Shown here: positions 40,821-52,535 of the stretch, piece after piece
Numbering within the stretch: the stretch's first letter is position 1
How the letters are laid out: each line of letters starts with the position of its first letter
Assembly: GCA_965207735.1 (NCBI GenBank)
Contig: OZ242296.1
Location: 960,001-1,024,000, forward strand
Direction: 5' to 3'
DNA from: Candidatus Versatilivorator sp.
GTDB lineage: Bacteria; Acidobacteriota; Terriglobia; Versatilivoradales; Versatilivoraceae
Length of the DNA: 64,000 bases
Program-made: the position numbers and the translations under genes
Notes under the pieces: generated by a model
Told to the model about the DNA's origin: nothing
Seen by the model: the letters and a program-made list of their open reading frames with translations, nothing else
Databases searched by the model: none

Positions 40821-42818
40821 CGGAACTTCATCCGGAACCAACAGGGAACAATCAGGATAAGGTGTTGAAACAGAGGCCATTTGTGGGTTTCCATGAGCCG
40901 TTTGGTGTGGGATTGTGTTTACATGTATATCGTCGAGTGGTATGGTCTTTCTCTGTTGACACAACATGTTGTGCCTTGTATTCTGTTTCCATGTCCTATC
41001 ACCTCGAATCCATTCCCAACCGCAACAGCCGACCCACTCTCCTCATCCGTGAGGCTTGGCGCGAAGGCAAACGCATCCGCAAGAAGACCCGCGCCAATCT
41101 CACCGGCATGCCCGAGCCGCTGGTCAACGGCATCCGCGCCCTGCTGAAGGGTGGCATCGCGCTGGAGAGCGTCGAGGACGCCTTCACCATCCGCAGGGCC
41201 CTGCCCCACGGCCACGTGGCGGCCGGGCTGGGAACGCTGCGCCGTCTTGGGCTGGTGCGTCTGCTGCATCGCCACCCGGGTCGGGAGCGGGATCTTGTCA
41301 TTGCCGCCATCCTCGCCCGTCTCCTCGATCCGGGCTCGAAGCTGGCCGCCGCACGCCATCTCTCCCCTGACACGGCCGCCTCCAGCCTGGGCGCCGTGCT
41401 GGGTCTGGGGCCGGTCACCGGCAATGAACTGCTGGAGATGCTCGACTGGCTGCTCCGACGCCAGAGACACATCGAGAAGAGTCTGGCCCACCGGCATCTG
41501 GGCGAGGCCACCCTGATCCTCTATGACGTCACCTCCAGCTTTCTGGAGGGAGGATGTTGTCCACTGGCGGCGTTCGGTCACAACCGGGACGGCAAGAAAG
41601 GCAAGAAGCAGATCGTATTCGGACTGCTGTGCACCGAAGAGGGCTGTCCGGTGGCGGTGGAGGTGTTTGCCGGCAACCGGGGGGATCCGATGACGCTGGG
41701 GGCGCAGATTGCCAAGATCCGGGATCGGTTCGGGGTGGGCCGGGTGGCCTTGGTGGGGGACCGGGGCATGATCACCACGGCCCGGATCCGTGAGGAACTG
41801 GAGCCGGCGACTCTGGACTGGATCTCGGCCTTGAAAGCCACCGACATCCGCAAGTTATTGAGGCAGCAAGGGCCAGACGGGGGCGAGCCGGCCCCGTTGT
41901 GTCCCGAGGCCCTGGTCCCGGACCAGGTGGCCGAGATCGTCAGCCCGGAGTTTCCGGGCGAACGCCTGCTGGTGTGTCTCAACCCGCGCCTGCGGCAGCA
42001 ACGGGCGCGCAAGCGGGAAGCGCTGCTGGAGGCCACCGAGGAGATCCTCGAGACCATCGCCCAGGGCCTGCGCCACCGCGGCAGGGATTGGATCAACCGG
42101 CGGGTCGGTCGCGAGGCCAACCGCCGCAAGGTCGAGAAGCACTTCCAGATCACCGTCACCGACGAGGCGCTCACGTGGTCTCGCAACCAGGAGAAAATCG
42201 CGGCCGAGGCCCGCCTGGATGGCCTCTACGTCATCCGCACCAGCCTCGATGCGGCAACGATGGGTCCCGCTGAGGTCGTCGAGGCCTACAAAAACCTGTC
42301 CCGGGTCGAGCAGGCCTTCCGCTTGCTCAAGACCACCCGGCTCGAGGTGCGGCCGGTGTATGTCTACAACGCCGATCGGGTCCGAGCCCACGTGTTCCTC
42401 TGTATGCTCGCCTATTATGTCGAATGGCACCTGCGGCGGCGACTGGCTCCCCTGTTGTTCGAGGACGACGACCGCCAGCAGGCGCGGGCCAAACGAACCT
42501 CGCCGGTCCAACCGGCCCGGATCTCGGACCGCGCCAAAGCCAAGGCCGACACCAAGACCACTGCCGAAGGGTTCCCCGTCCACAGCCTCAAGACCCTGCT
42601 GGACGACCTCGCTACCCTGACCCTCAACCAGGTGACCTTGCCCACCAACCCCGACCAGGGGTTCCCCATGATCGCCCAGGCCACCCCGCTGCAACGCAAG
42701 GCCTTTGAACTGCTGGAGGTCGAACCGGCCAAAATTGTTCCCAGTACGATGCCAGTTTGAATCCGTCTAAATCACGGGTGTCATTGAGGTATTGTTGATT
42801 TTGAGAGATGAAGTTCCG
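40821..42818 (+). mobile_element. IS1634-family insertion sequence (1998 bp)
   Basis: Perfect 12-bp TIR CGGAACTTCATC / GATGAAGTTCCG; 6-bp TSD ATTAAA (40815-40820, 42819-42824). Confidence 0.92.
40991..42760 (+). CDS. IS1634-family DDE transposase
   Basis: LYDVTSSF, FGHNRDGKKG, VGDRGMIT, LDGLYVIRT, VEQAFRLLK, VRAHVFLCMLAYY. Confidence 0.92.
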   Translation: MSYHLESIPNRNSRPTLLIREAWREGKRIRKKTRANLTGMPEPLVNGIRALLKGGIALESVEDAFTIRRALPHGHVAAGLGTLRRLGLVRLLHRHPGRERDLVIAAILARLLDPGSKLAAARHLSPDTAASSLGAVLGLGPVTGNELLEMLDWLLRRQRHIEKSLAHRHLGEATLILYDVTSSFLEGGCCPLAAFGHNRDGKKGKKQIVFGLLCTEEGCPVAVEVFAGNRGDPMTLGAQIAKIRDRFGVGRVALVGDRGMITTARIREELEPATLDWISALKATDIRKLLRQQGPDGGEPAPLCPEALVPDQVAEIVSPEFPGERLLVCLNPRLRQQRARKREALLEATEEILETIAQGLRHRGRDWINRRVGREANRRKVEKHFQITVTDEALTWSRNQEKIAAEARLDGLYVIRTSLDAATMGPAEVVEAYKNLSRVEQAFRLLKTTRLEVRPVYVYNADRVRAHVFLCMLAYYVEWHLRRRLAPLLFEDDDRQQARAKRTSPVQPARISDRAKAKADTKTTAEGFPVHSLKTLLDDLATLTLNQVTLPTNPDQGFPMIAQATPLQRKAFELLEVEPAKIVPSTMPV

Positions 42819-44646
42819 ATTAAACTTATCTCCAAGCAACCAAGGCATCATCTCCTTTGCAGAATGTGCACGCCAGTAGGTGCTCAGCAGAAGCGTGGCG
42901 AGATGTGTTTGTCCCTTCACGGAATGGATCGATCCCAACCTGACGTCGATGGTTCCACCGCTGGCGTTGACACGAAAGATGTTTGGACGGGCGTTACTCG
43001 TTGAAGAAGAAGCCGCGCCAAGAGAAGGGTCGTCGTTGGGCCACGCCAGAAAACTCTTAGCCCTACTCGAATTTGTCTCACCCCTGCAAAGGGCGGCAGC
43101 CACCGCAGTAAAATCCTCAGCATAGGATGACCAATCGTCCTCTGAAAGGGCTGTTCTCTCAACCAGAAAACGCCTGAGAAAGCCCCGATAGGCCGTCAGC
43201 GAAGCGGCGGCACCCTCAAGCGCAACCACGACTGCGCGGTGGGTACGCGCCTTGCGCTTCAGGTCGCCGATGTCACCTATTCGCCTTGCGAGTTCAAGAG
43301 TGCCAGAGGCAAGCTTCTCGACACCGGGAGACAACGCGCGCCCATGGGCGACGAGCCCCTGTGCTACGCTAACGTACTGGGCAAGGGTTCGGGGATGAGG
43401 GTCCTTACGGGAGATCGCGACGGCGTATCCGTCCCAGTAATGGCCAACCGACTTTGGATAGTGAGCATGTCCAGGTGAGACTTCAGGTGCATCCTGGTGA
43501 ATATGGCCGACCGCATAAATAGTTCCCTTGGTGACGAGTGATTCACCTAGAACATCAAACGCATACTTGCCAAAGGCATCGAGGACACCGTCGGTGCTGT
43601 CATCCGGGAAAACAAATATAGCGTGCTTGCTGTCTTGGGCGGCAATGCCCAGTCCTTTGGGGCCGATGCCGGATAGCCCGTCGAAGCCGACTGGGTGAAC
43701 GGCAAAGGGCGAAGCCAGCGCCGCTATCTCCGGGCCGAACCGGTAGCTGTTCGGAATCTCGAGACAGCACGCCGGGTCGGGGTACGGCTCCACCGTACTG
43801 GAGTTCGAGTCAGGCAAATCAAAGATTTCCTGATTCGGGTCGCCGACCCTTTGAACAGCGATTCTTTCCGAGTTTCGAGGGAAAACCGCGTTTAAAAACG
43901 ACGCTTGGCGCTCAATCGTATCTTGCATCTCGTCAAGAATGACCAACGGGAAGCGATGCGCGAGCCATGCAGGTAGATGCTGTTGATCTTCAAGAAGGGC
44001 GTTAGCCCATACGAACATCTCGTCGTAACAGAAATAACTGGCGTGTGCCGCTGTCTCAATGGCGCGTTTGGCGTGCAGGAAACTCGGCGCAGTGGGCCCT
44101 GCTGGAAAAGGCTTGCCGCCAAGACCAAAGCTCAAATCGCGGCCGACGATGCGGAGCCTGTCAAACCCGCTGTACTTTTTCTTGAGAAATTTCTGTACTG
44201 ACCGATAGTCCTTGCCTAGCACGCCGCATCGATAAGCGGTCGTCACGTCGTCGTCAATCGTCGGTGTTGGGTAGCCGTTGGAGTAAAGCCAGGGAAGAGC
44301 TAGAAAACGATTCGCAAAGCCATGTATCGTGTCGATGAAATGAGGATATGCGAGAAGCCTCTGTCCGACCACTGTCCGACCGAGCCGATGCTCGATCTGC
44401 TCACGGGCTACATTTGTATGGGAGAGGACACAGATTCCTTTGGTTCGATGTGGCCATTTCTTGGCGAGGATGGCGAGCTTAGCGACAATGAGCATCGTCT
44501 TGCCGCTGCCGGGGCAAGCGGACAGATCGACAGTCGAGCGCCGTTTAAGAAAAGCGCGCCGGGGCTCATCGAAAGGGTCGAACCCCATAAGCAAGCGAAC
44601 CCACTCAATGTCATCGTCTGTGATTTCGGGAATGAGGGATTCCGCA

Positions 44647-46686
44647 TCAGACATTTTCTCCCCCGATAGCCGAGGTGGGTTCGGAAGCCCGATGCGGCGG
44701 CTGGGCCGTCACATAGTCGATGGCATTCACAATATAGGCTGGCAACAAGTTGCGGAATCCAGCCGCATCAATATCGCCTTGCTCGCAAAATTGCGGCAAA
44801 AGATCGGAGAAATATTGTGCAGCCACGGCCTTGGAAGCGCTGCCGCCATGGAACAGGTGGTATATGCGTGAGCATAAGACCGCGTCGTCATCGCCTGAAT
44901 CAGATTTCAGCGTCGCGAACTCGGCCTTTGCCTGGGCAACGACATCTTCGCGGTTCTTCTTTTCTTTATTCAACGGATCGTCGTTCTTCGCCAGACAAGC
45001 CGCGACGTATACGGGTTCGGCCAGCCCACAACGAGCGAGATCGTATTCAAGCGTCCAGTGATCGGAGACAAAAGTGCGAACTGACTGGCCGTCGTTCTCT
45101 TTTAATTGCTCACGCAGTTGAGCCAGGGATTTGTCGCGTTGTTCTGCATTGTCGCCGAAGTCCCGAACTGCCTTCCATCTGCGCTTGCTGTTTTGCCATT
45201 TCGCATCGTCAACGCCTTCGATCAAACCGAGGATTTCCGGCGCGCAGTCCGGCATCACATCGATATCGGCAAGACACGCAACCGGAACGCCTATCGTCGG
45301 AGCGCTTTGCTCCTTCCGTTGGAAAATACGGCTGAAGCGCCGCAACCCCCTACTGCCTACGTTGACAATCGATACGCCGTGTTCGGTAAGATCGTTACCG
45401 ATAAGCTTGGCAAGCGTGGGCAAGATGATCGCCTCGGCATCCCCCTCGACGATCAGAACCCCATGGGCGAAAAACAGATTGGCCTTCGTCACATCGAGGA
45501 ATCGTTCAAGAAACCTATAGTCTCCGGTCTCCAGCAGCGTTTGATCGCTTGCAAGCGGAAAAGCCCGCCGCCCTTGCAAAAGAACCAAGTTCGCAAGCGG
45601 AATTTTCGATGCGAGATTGGGACTGTGTGTTGAAAGCAGAACCTGAACTGCACGGTTCGCACCTTCAATTTTCGTTTCGGTGGCCTGCCGCAAAAACTCC
45701 ATCAGGCGAAGCTGGCGCTGCGGATGAAGGTGAGCTTCCGGTTCCTCAACCAGAAGCAACGGAAGCCCTTCGGGTTCTTTACCAAGTAACAGAAGTTCGC
45801 ACGCCATGAACAGCAGATTGTTTGAACCGAGGCCGTAGCGGCCCATCGGGGTGCCGATTGTTGCATCGAGAAGACCAAGCTCAAGACGCTCCAGAATCTG
45901 CCGGAGTCGCGCACTCGCCGTGCCTCCCTCGGAAACATCGATCTTGCCCTGCAGATCATCTCCGCGCAAAGACAGTGAAGTAAGATACTGCTTGTTGATC
46001 GCGTCCTCTGCACTCCCGACGCCATCGTGATGTTTGACGTTGTGGCGCATGTAGTCCGACAGCCCGACAAGTCCAAGCTTCCTGACGGCAGCCGCATCCT
46101 TGGGGAAATTTGCGGCGTCGAAATTTTCACCTTCAGAGATTTCCGGAACGTTTGAAAGGATTTGAGACAGGCGCGAGCCTCTCCCAGGAGACATCTCGCG
46201 TTCAGCGTCCCGTAATGGGCGAAGGTACGCGGCGGAAAGCAATTCGCGAACCGACGTGTCGAATGGCGGACCTACACCGTCGGTGCCGCTACGCACCGAC
46301 ACATCAATCCAGCGGCGTGTGCCCGGCGCTTCACTTAGCTTGCGGGCCGTCCAGATAACATAGAGGACGACATCATCGCCTTCATAGGAGAGGTACTCAG
46401 CGAATGCGCCCTTTTCAGCGTCAGTGAGTCCGGCAAGTTTGCAGACTATGTAGATTTCACTGGCTTGTTTGCCGAATTTGTCAATATGAAAGTCTTCTGG
46501 CTGGACGCGGATGAATTCCTGATCTCGCGTGAGCAATGCATAACGGACAGCGTCAATGACGGCGGATTTACCGGAGTCGTTACGACCGACTAAGGCGGTA
46601 ACACCGGGTTGAAAACGAATTTGTAGCTCGGCGTGGCCTTCGCCGAACTGACGAAAATTCCTGACGGTGAGTTGTGATAGATGCAT
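44647..46686 (-). CDS. OLD-family ATP-dependent nuclease (ABC ATPase + TOPRIM), Gabija GajA-like
   Basis: VRNFRQF, GRNDSGKS, EEPEAHLHPQ, STHSP, IVEGDAE, DID; overlaps the UvrD gene by 8 bp. Confidence 0.9.
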   Translation of the reverse strand: MHLSQLTVRNFRQFGEGHAELQIRFQPGVTALVGRNDSGKSAVIDAVRYALLTRDQEFIRVQPEDFHIDKFGKQASEIYIVCKLAGLTDAEKGAFAEYLSYEGDDVVLYVIWTARKLSEAPGTRRWIDVSVRSGTDGVGPPFDTSVRELLSAAYLRPLRDAEREMSPGRGSRLSQILSNVPEISEGENFDAANFPKDAAAVRKLGLVGLSDYMRHNVKHHDGVGSAEDAINKQYLTSLSLRGDDLQGKIDVSEGGTASARLRQILERLELGLLDATIGTPMGRYGLGSNNLLFMACELLLLGKEPEGLPLLLVEEPEAHLHPQRQLRLMEFLRQATETKIEGANRAVQVLLSTHSPNLASKIPLANLVLLQGRRAFPLASDQTLLETGDYRFLERFLDVTKANLFFAHGVLIVEGDAEAIILPTLAKLIGNDLTEHGVSIVNVGSRGLRRFSRIFQRKEQSAPTIGVPVACLADIDVMPDCAPEILGLIEGVDDAKWQNSKRRWKAVRDFGDNAEQRDKSLAQLREQLKENDGQSVRTFVSDHWTLEYDLARCGLAEPVYVAACLAKNDDPLNKEKKNREDVVAQAKAEFATLKSDSGDDDAVLCSRIYHLFHGGSASKAVAAQYFSDLLPQFCEQGDIDAAGFRNLLPAYIVNAIDYVTAQPPHRASEPTSAIGGENV

Positions 46687-46734
46687 TCTTCCTCGCAAAT
46701 TCGTCAAAGAACAGTTGGATCATTGCACTCCTTA

Positions 46735-49470
46735 TCACACGCCTCCGTCCGGTAACTGCCCAGCCTCTGTAATGACCCGGTAGCCGGTTTGGCCCATCTC
46801 CAGCGTGTCCCGGAAATGTTTCCGTCCGCACAGAATCTTCTGCTTCTCGTCCGGACGTAGCGCGTTGAGGTCGAGCGTGCCCTTGGTTTCGCGGACGAGA
46901 TAGAGCAGGTCGTCGCCGCCGTCCGGGTTCTCCATGACGATCGCCCAGTCCGGGTTGTAGGCACCGATCGGCGTCGCTACGGTGAACCAGGATGGAAGCT
47001 TGATATAAAGCTTTACATCCTTCCGCTTCTCCAACGCTTCGATAAACGGCTTCTCGATGGTCTCGGAGTCGAATGGGACGCCGTCGTATATATGCGTCCC
47101 CCCGGCGCCGCTCTGTTCTGTACTACGCACGATGCAATCGGCCCAAGTCTCGATCTCGGAGTCGAATAGCGTCATTTCGTACTCTTCGTCGAGCTTTTCA
47201 TAGCGAATCCCTGCGACAAGCTGGTCGGCGAGCTTGTTCTTGACGATGCCGATCGCCACCGTTGCGAATTCATGGGGATTGTCCAGCGCCGCGGCACGGT
47301 TGCCGGTGCGCCGAAATATCTCCAGAAGAGTCCGGCGGCTCACGCGCATCGGCGGCGAGGTGTTCTCCATCAAGTTTTCCATAATCTCGACGAGGTTCGG
47401 TAGCGGGTATCGCCCCGATAGGTCGATAGCGCTTCGCGCACCACTCTGCGTCAGCGCCTCGAATGTGTCCTTGTTGGTGGCGATCACTTCCGCCTTCGAG
47501 ATAGACACACGCGGTTTGCGGATCGCTGCGCTATCAAGCTCGGGCAGGACATCCTCGACAAGCCGGTGGCTGTCGATCGTGACGGCGTACCGAGTCTTGT
47601 GCCTGATACGGTCCCACAGTTCCTTGAACTCGGGCTTCAGCATATAAGCCTTGCGTAGCCGTAGCGTCGTCTTATTGCGCGCATCCGGTGGCTTCGGCGG
47701 CGTGCCGTCCTTGCCATATTCGGCCTCGATTTCGCTTTGCAGCTCAGCGACGAATCGCTCGTAGGTCATGCTGGCGACGACGGTCAGCACGTTGATCCGC
47801 TCGTCCTGTATTCGTTTGCCCTGCTGGTTGACCGGCAGGCGAACACCGCGGCCGACCTGCTGGCGGCGTTCCGTTTCGGAGCCTACCTCCCGCATGGTGC
47901 AAATCTGGAAAATATTCGGATTGTCCCAGCCTTCTCGCAACGCCGAGTGCGAGAAGATGAAGGACACGGGCTCCTCGAACGACAAAAGGTCCTCCTTGCG
48001 CTGCATAATCAGGCTGAACGCTTCCTCGTCCGCCTTACTCTTGCCGGTAGTATCCAGGTACTCGACCGCACCGCCTCTCTTTAACTTCGTGGCGAAATAT
48101 GCGGATCGTGCGTCTTCGGGATTTCGGTCGCACCACTCGGGATACGACTCCTTCAATTCGTTGAAGATGTGGTCAAATAGTTTCCGAATGGTCCCGTCCT
48201 CTGCGACATAGTTGCTAACCTTGTCGATGAAAAATAGGGACAGAACCTTGATCCCTTCGCCCCGGAGGCGCGCCTGTTTGCGAAAATGTTCCTTGATCGT
48301 GTAGCGAAGCTGCGCCTCGAAAATCGCCTCTTTCTCGACGCCGACCGCCTCACCGATGCGAAGCTCGACGTTGTTGGCGAAGCGAACAAACTGGCCGCCA
48401 TAGTTGATTTCCACAACGACATAACCCTCGTAATCAACGCGCCCGGTTTTCTTCTCTAGGTCGTCGTCGCCCTTGATAGTCAGCACGGTTTCCTTTATCG
48501 CACCGCTTCTCATCAGCTTGTGAACGCTTAGCCGCGCTACGGGCTTCTTCGACTGGATTTTGATTTCGTCGAGGCGCAGGAAGGGCTGGTTCCGGTTGTC
48601 TTCCTCAATGACCGAGGCAACCTCGATCCGCTTAACCAGCCCCTGCCGATAGGCGTCGTAGGGAGTGAGACGAAAGATGAGGTTGTAGGGATTCCGATGC
48701 GTCGCACTGTAGCGCAACGCGAACAGTGGGTGCAGGCTGACAAGCGCCGCGATGCGGTTCTCGCTCTCCATGTTCTGCGGCTCGTCGAGGATCAGTACGG
48801 GCCGACTGGCCTGGATCAGGCTCAGCGGCCGCTCGCCCTGCAACCGGTCCGTAGATTGGCGGATAACGTTCTCCGCGCGCGCAAAGGCGTCAATGGTCAT
48901 GACCATGATCTCGAGCCCGTCGGAGAGCGCGAACTGGCGCACTTGGCTCAGATTAGCCGAATTGTAGACGTAGTAGCGATACGGCGGATTGTCGTAGAGC
49001 GCTTTGAAATGCGCCTCGGTGACCCGCAGCGTTTTGAGAACCCCCTCGCGAACGGCTACGGAAGGCACGATGATAATGAACTTCCGCAGGCCGAAACGTC
49101 GGAACATCTCCATCGCAGTACGCAGGTAAACATAGGTCTTTCCCGTTCCGGTCTCCATCTCGACGGAAAAGTTTGGAAATTGAACCTCGGAGTCCTCGTC
49201 GTCTGGACGATCGTCGGGCAACTTACCAGTGATTAGATTCAATCCGTCGTCGGTTTCTATCCCAGTGTCCGCTTGAACCGCTTGAACCGTATGCAGGTTC
49301 TTGAGCAGTGCGTCCTCAGACAAGTCGAGTCGATTGGCGACCGCGAAGCACGCGCCGTTATCCGGGATGATCAGCTCGCTACGCACGTAAGTCTGGCCTT
49401 CAAGCAAACCGCAGACGGCTTCGATCGCGGCGAGCTGGTATTCCTGCGTTGCGTCGAAGTGGAATTCCAT
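46735..49470 (-). CDS. res: Type III restriction enzyme Res subunit
   Basis: METGTGKTYVY, LDEPQNM, RYSATH, LREGWDNPN, QQVGRGVR; C-terminal YNPDWA...ETKG nuclease motif. Confidence 0.93.
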   Translation of the reverse strand: MEFHFDATQEYQLAAIEAVCGLLEGQTYVRSELIIPDNGACFAVANRLDLSEDALLKNLHTVQAVQADTGIETDDGLNLITGKLPDDRPDDEDSEVQFPNFSVEMETGTGKTYVYLRTAMEMFRRFGLRKFIIIVPSVAVREGVLKTLRVTEAHFKALYDNPPYRYYVYNSANLSQVRQFALSDGLEIMVMTIDAFARAENVIRQSTDRLQGERPLSLIQASRPVLILDEPQNMESENRIAALVSLHPLFALRYSATHRNPYNLIFRLTPYDAYRQGLVKRIEVASVIEEDNRNQPFLRLDEIKIQSKKPVARLSVHKLMRSGAIKETVLTIKGDDDLEKKTGRVDYEGYVVVEINYGGQFVRFANNVELRIGEAVGVEKEAIFEAQLRYTIKEHFRKQARLRGEGIKVLSLFFIDKVSNYVAEDGTIRKLFDHIFNELKESYPEWCDRNPEDARSAYFATKLKRGGAVEYLDTTGKSKADEEAFSLIMQRKEDLLSFEEPVSFIFSHSALREGWDNPNIFQICTMREVGSETERRQQVGRGVRLPVNQQGKRIQDERINVLTVVASMTYERFVAELQSEIEAEYGKDGTPPKPPDARNKTTLRLRKAYMLKPEFKELWDRIRHKTRYAVTIDSHRLVEDVLPELDSAAIRKPRVSISKAEVIATNKDTFEALTQSGARSAIDLSGRYPLPNLVEIMENLMENTSPPMRVSRRTLLEIFRRTGNRAAALDNPHEFATVAIGIVKNKLADQLVAGIRYEKLDEEYEMTLFDSEIETWADCIVRSTEQSGAGGTHIYDGVPFDSETIEKPFIEALEKRKDVKLYIKLPSWFTVATPIGAYNPDWAIVMENPDGGDDLLYLVRETKGTLDLNALRPDEKQKILCGRKHFRDTLEMGQTGYRVITEAGQLPDGGV

Positions 49471-51048
49471 GGCGCCTCACAGGACTCTCATGCGACATTG
49501 GAGCGCTAGGTTGGCGGCGAGGGTGTCGTCGAGCGCGGTGTCGCGGCAAACGAACAGGTCGTCGCGCGTCAGCCCCAGTGAGCGAACAGCTTCTGTGCCG
49601 AGCGTGTCGTCAAGGCAGATATGAAAACTTTGCTCGCGTTCTGGGTCAGCCACGCGCCATATGGTCTGCCCGTTCAGCTCGAGTTTTTCGATCTCGGAGG
49701 TGAGCGCGTATCCCTCGCGTAGCGCAATCTCCCAGATGACGTTCTCCGGCGTCCAGCCCGGCACAAGGGTGTCGGAGAAAGCTTTGAGCTGTGCCGCGTA
49801 CGCCTCAGCGTCCTTGGTCTCGACGCCAGTCCAGCGGCGGATATTCGATTCCTTGAGCCGGAACACGCGCACGCCCAAGTTGGCCGCGTCGCTGTTGCTT
49901 CTGGTCAGCATCGTGCCCTCTACATCGGCGAGCATCTTCGCCGCCATGCGAATCCTGTGAAGCCCGAGCTGGCTAATGGTTGTGTAGCCGTGGCGACCGG
50001 TTTCGCTATCCACGCTAATTGGCTCGGGAAGCTGCACACAGACATAACGGCGCCGCCCGCCATCCCGCTGGTTCTGTTCCATGACGCCATGGGCCGTCGA
50101 ACAGGATCCTGCGAAGATATCCATGACGATATCGTCGTCCGAGGAGAGCTGTTCGACGAAACGCCGCAGCAGCTCGACGGGCTTCGGAAAGTCAAACGCC
50201 TGGAAGCCGAATATTTCCCGGACTTCCTCCGTACCGTGCGAAGTATAAACGTCGTCAATGATCGTCGGGAAAGCCATGAATTGATGCTGTAGGTCCTTCT
50301 TGAATTTCTTTTCGCGCGGCCGTCCTTCCGGGTTTGATGGGAACAGGACGCATCCTTCATCGATCAGCTTCTGCAATCGCTTTTTCGAGTATCGCCAGCC
50401 GCGGTACGCGGGCGGCTGATACTTGATTCCCGTTGTGGGATCGGTGATTGGAAAATGCAGATTTGGCCGCTGCTCGGCTGTGGCGAGTCCCAGCATACTG
50501 CGACTCATCCACGACCCGCGCGGATCGTTGTCCGGATTCTGGAACTTCGTCTCGTCGCGTTCGCTGCCACGGAATGAACCCTCTGGGCTACGGCGATATG
50601 CGAGCAGGTATTCATGATCAATCGATACCTGCGTGTTCGAGCGGGAGTCCGGGAATTTTCGGCTTTTCCATATGAATTGGGCAATGAAGTTTTCCTCGCC
50701 GAAGACCTCGTTGAGAAGGAACTTGAGCGCCGCAACCTCGTGGTCGGATATGCTGACGCAGATAACGCCTTCCTCGTCCAGGAGTTGCCGCGCCATGACG
50801 AGGCGCGGATACATCATCGACAACCACGCCGAGTGATAACGCCCACCCGTCTCGGGGGCCGATGACATGTACTCGCCATTGTCTTTTTTCTGTCCGGTGA
50901 TGCGTAGGTAATGATCGAGCGGATCGGTGAAGTTGTCCGGGTATATAAAATCGTTGCCGGTGTTGTATGGCGGGTCGAGATAGATCATCTTCACCCGGCC
51001 GAAATACGCCCGGTAGAGAACTTTAAGTGTCTCAAAGTTTTCACCTTC

Positions 51049-52535
51049 GAGCCTTTTGCAAAATTCGGAATCGGGCATGACATTGGGCTGGCAACAGTGA
51101 TGTTCCGGCGGTGACTACCCAGCTGCAAAGACCCTTTTGAAGGAAAAAGCCCGAATCTGATGGCCGGATGGCCAGCGGTCGCCGGACGCAGGCACAGCTT
51201 ACCCTCTCCCGGCCTTGAGGCGGGCGAACCTGCTGTGCGGTTGGGGGTGGCAACCCGGTCTTCAGAGCGTCAGGCGCATCAACTGATCCACCGTCAGGGC
51301 CAGAATGCCGAACATCAGGTGGCACCTCACCTTGTCGGGGCCGCGAACCCTCACCTGCCTCCCGCCAAACTCCTCCTTGAGCCGTCCGTTGACCCGCTCC
51401 ACCGTCGAGCGTTCCCGGTAGCGCCGCGCCTCGGGAGTCACTTGGCCGATACAGCGCCGGGCCAGTGCCTCCCGCTTCCGCTCGGCTTTCAAGGTAGCTC
51501 TTCGGCGGGGGTTGACGTCAATAATCGGCACATGCCCCAGCTTCTCACTGAAGGCCCGGATCTCCGGCGCATCGTAGGCGCTGTCCATCAAGTCGTAGAG
51601 ACTCTCGACCCGCCTTGCCGTCAGCGTCGCCAGCGGAATGGCTGCCTGAGAGTCATGCACCGAGGCCGAGGTCAGCAGACAACTGACCGGAATCCCGCCG
51701 TCAATGGCGTCGAGGTGTAGCTTGTAGCCGGTCCAGCTCTCCTGATGCCCCTTGGCGTTGCGCTTGACGCCGATGTCGCAGGCCTTGGGCAACTCCTTCA
51801 ACATTTCCTCCAGCGTCATCGACCCCTGCCGCTCCAGCCGGCTCAACCGCTTGGGCCGTCGCTCGCCCTTCGGCGGCCGGCCCCGCCGGCGTTTCCGCTT
51901 GGCCTCCGGCGCAGCCTTGGCCGCTGGCTTTTCCCGTCCCGCAATCGCCGTCGAGTCCCTCGACACATGCCCCGCCAAGTGGCCCTTCAGCGTCTCCTCC
52001 AGCAATGCCTCGTGCAAACGCCCCGGCAGGTCGCTCTCAGCGAATTCCGCAAAGGCCCGCGAGAAGGTCGACTCGCTCGGTACCTCCCACGCCCTCTCCC
52101 AGCCGCACAGCCGCCGCAGCCTCCCCTCACTCCTCAGCCGCTCCACCAATCCCCGCGTGGTCGCCACCTCCAGCATCGACTTCGCCAGATAGGCTCGCGC
52201 CAGCACTGCCCGATCCTCCAGCGGCCGGCCACGCCAGCCCCGACTGTAAGGCAGCAACTCCTCCACCCGCACCAACTCCAATACCTGCACCAGCCGCTGG
52301 TAACGCTCTCCCAGAGGCCCCAAAACTTCCTCCAGCAGGGGAAACAGCTCTCGTTGAAACCGGAACCAGTGTCGTGATAGGGTTTCCCTAAGGGGCAAGT
52401 TCCACCTCCGTTCATCATGTGGTTCAGACACCTTCATGATACAACAGACAGTGGTCTTGCCCCTCCTTCCACCTGCCCTCCTTGATCTTTCCCCACGTGA
52501 AAATTCCCGCTATCTGCGAATTTTGCAAAAGGCTC
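51049..52535 (-). mobile_element. IS5/IS1182-like insertion sequence (1487 bp)
   Basis: Perfect 19-bp TIR GAGCCTTTTGCAAAATTCG / CGAATTTTGCAAAAGGCTC; 4-bp TSD CTTC (51045-51048, 52536-52539). Confidence 0.9.
51262..52437 (-). CDS. DDE transposase (IS5/IS1182-like)
   Basis: PSESTFSR, SRDSTAI, GYKLHL, SVHDS, MDSAYD, YRERSTVERVNGRLK. Confidence 0.9.
   Translation of the reverse strand: MKVSEPHDERRWNLPLRETLSRHWFRFQRELFPLLEEVLGPLGERYQRLVQVLELVRVEELLPYSRGWRGRPLEDRAVLARAYLAKSMLEVATTRGLVERLRSEGRLRRLCGWERAWEVPSESTFSRAFAEFAESDLPGRLHEALLEETLKGHLAGHVSRDSTAIAGREKPAAKAAPEAKRKRRRGRPPKGERRPKRLSRLERQGSMTLEEMLKELPKACDIGVKRNAKGHQESWTGYKLHLDAIDGGIPVSCLLTSASVHDSQAAIPLATLTARRVESLYDLMDSAYDAPEIRAFSEKLGHVPIIDVNPRRRATLKAERKREALARRCIGQVTPEARRYRERSTVERVNGRLKEEFGGRQVRVRGPDKVRCHLMFGILALTVDQLMRLTL

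Larger units (their letters stand above)
40611..44654 (-). pseudogene. UvrD/SF1 helicase, Gabija GajB-like, interrupted by IS1634
   Basis: ACPGSGKT, LSHTNVA, TIHGF, LDEMQD, VGDPNQ, YRFG, SIHSVKGQ in 42819-44654; YVAMTR in 40611-40814; removing the IS and one TSD restores ...DKFN|GQGVAKR... in frame (679 aa). Confidence 0.88.

Noticed and set aside
42624-42818. C-terminus of the 676-aa helicase ORF in the track
   Set aside because: It is read-through into the IS1634 end; the true C-terminus is at 40611-40814.
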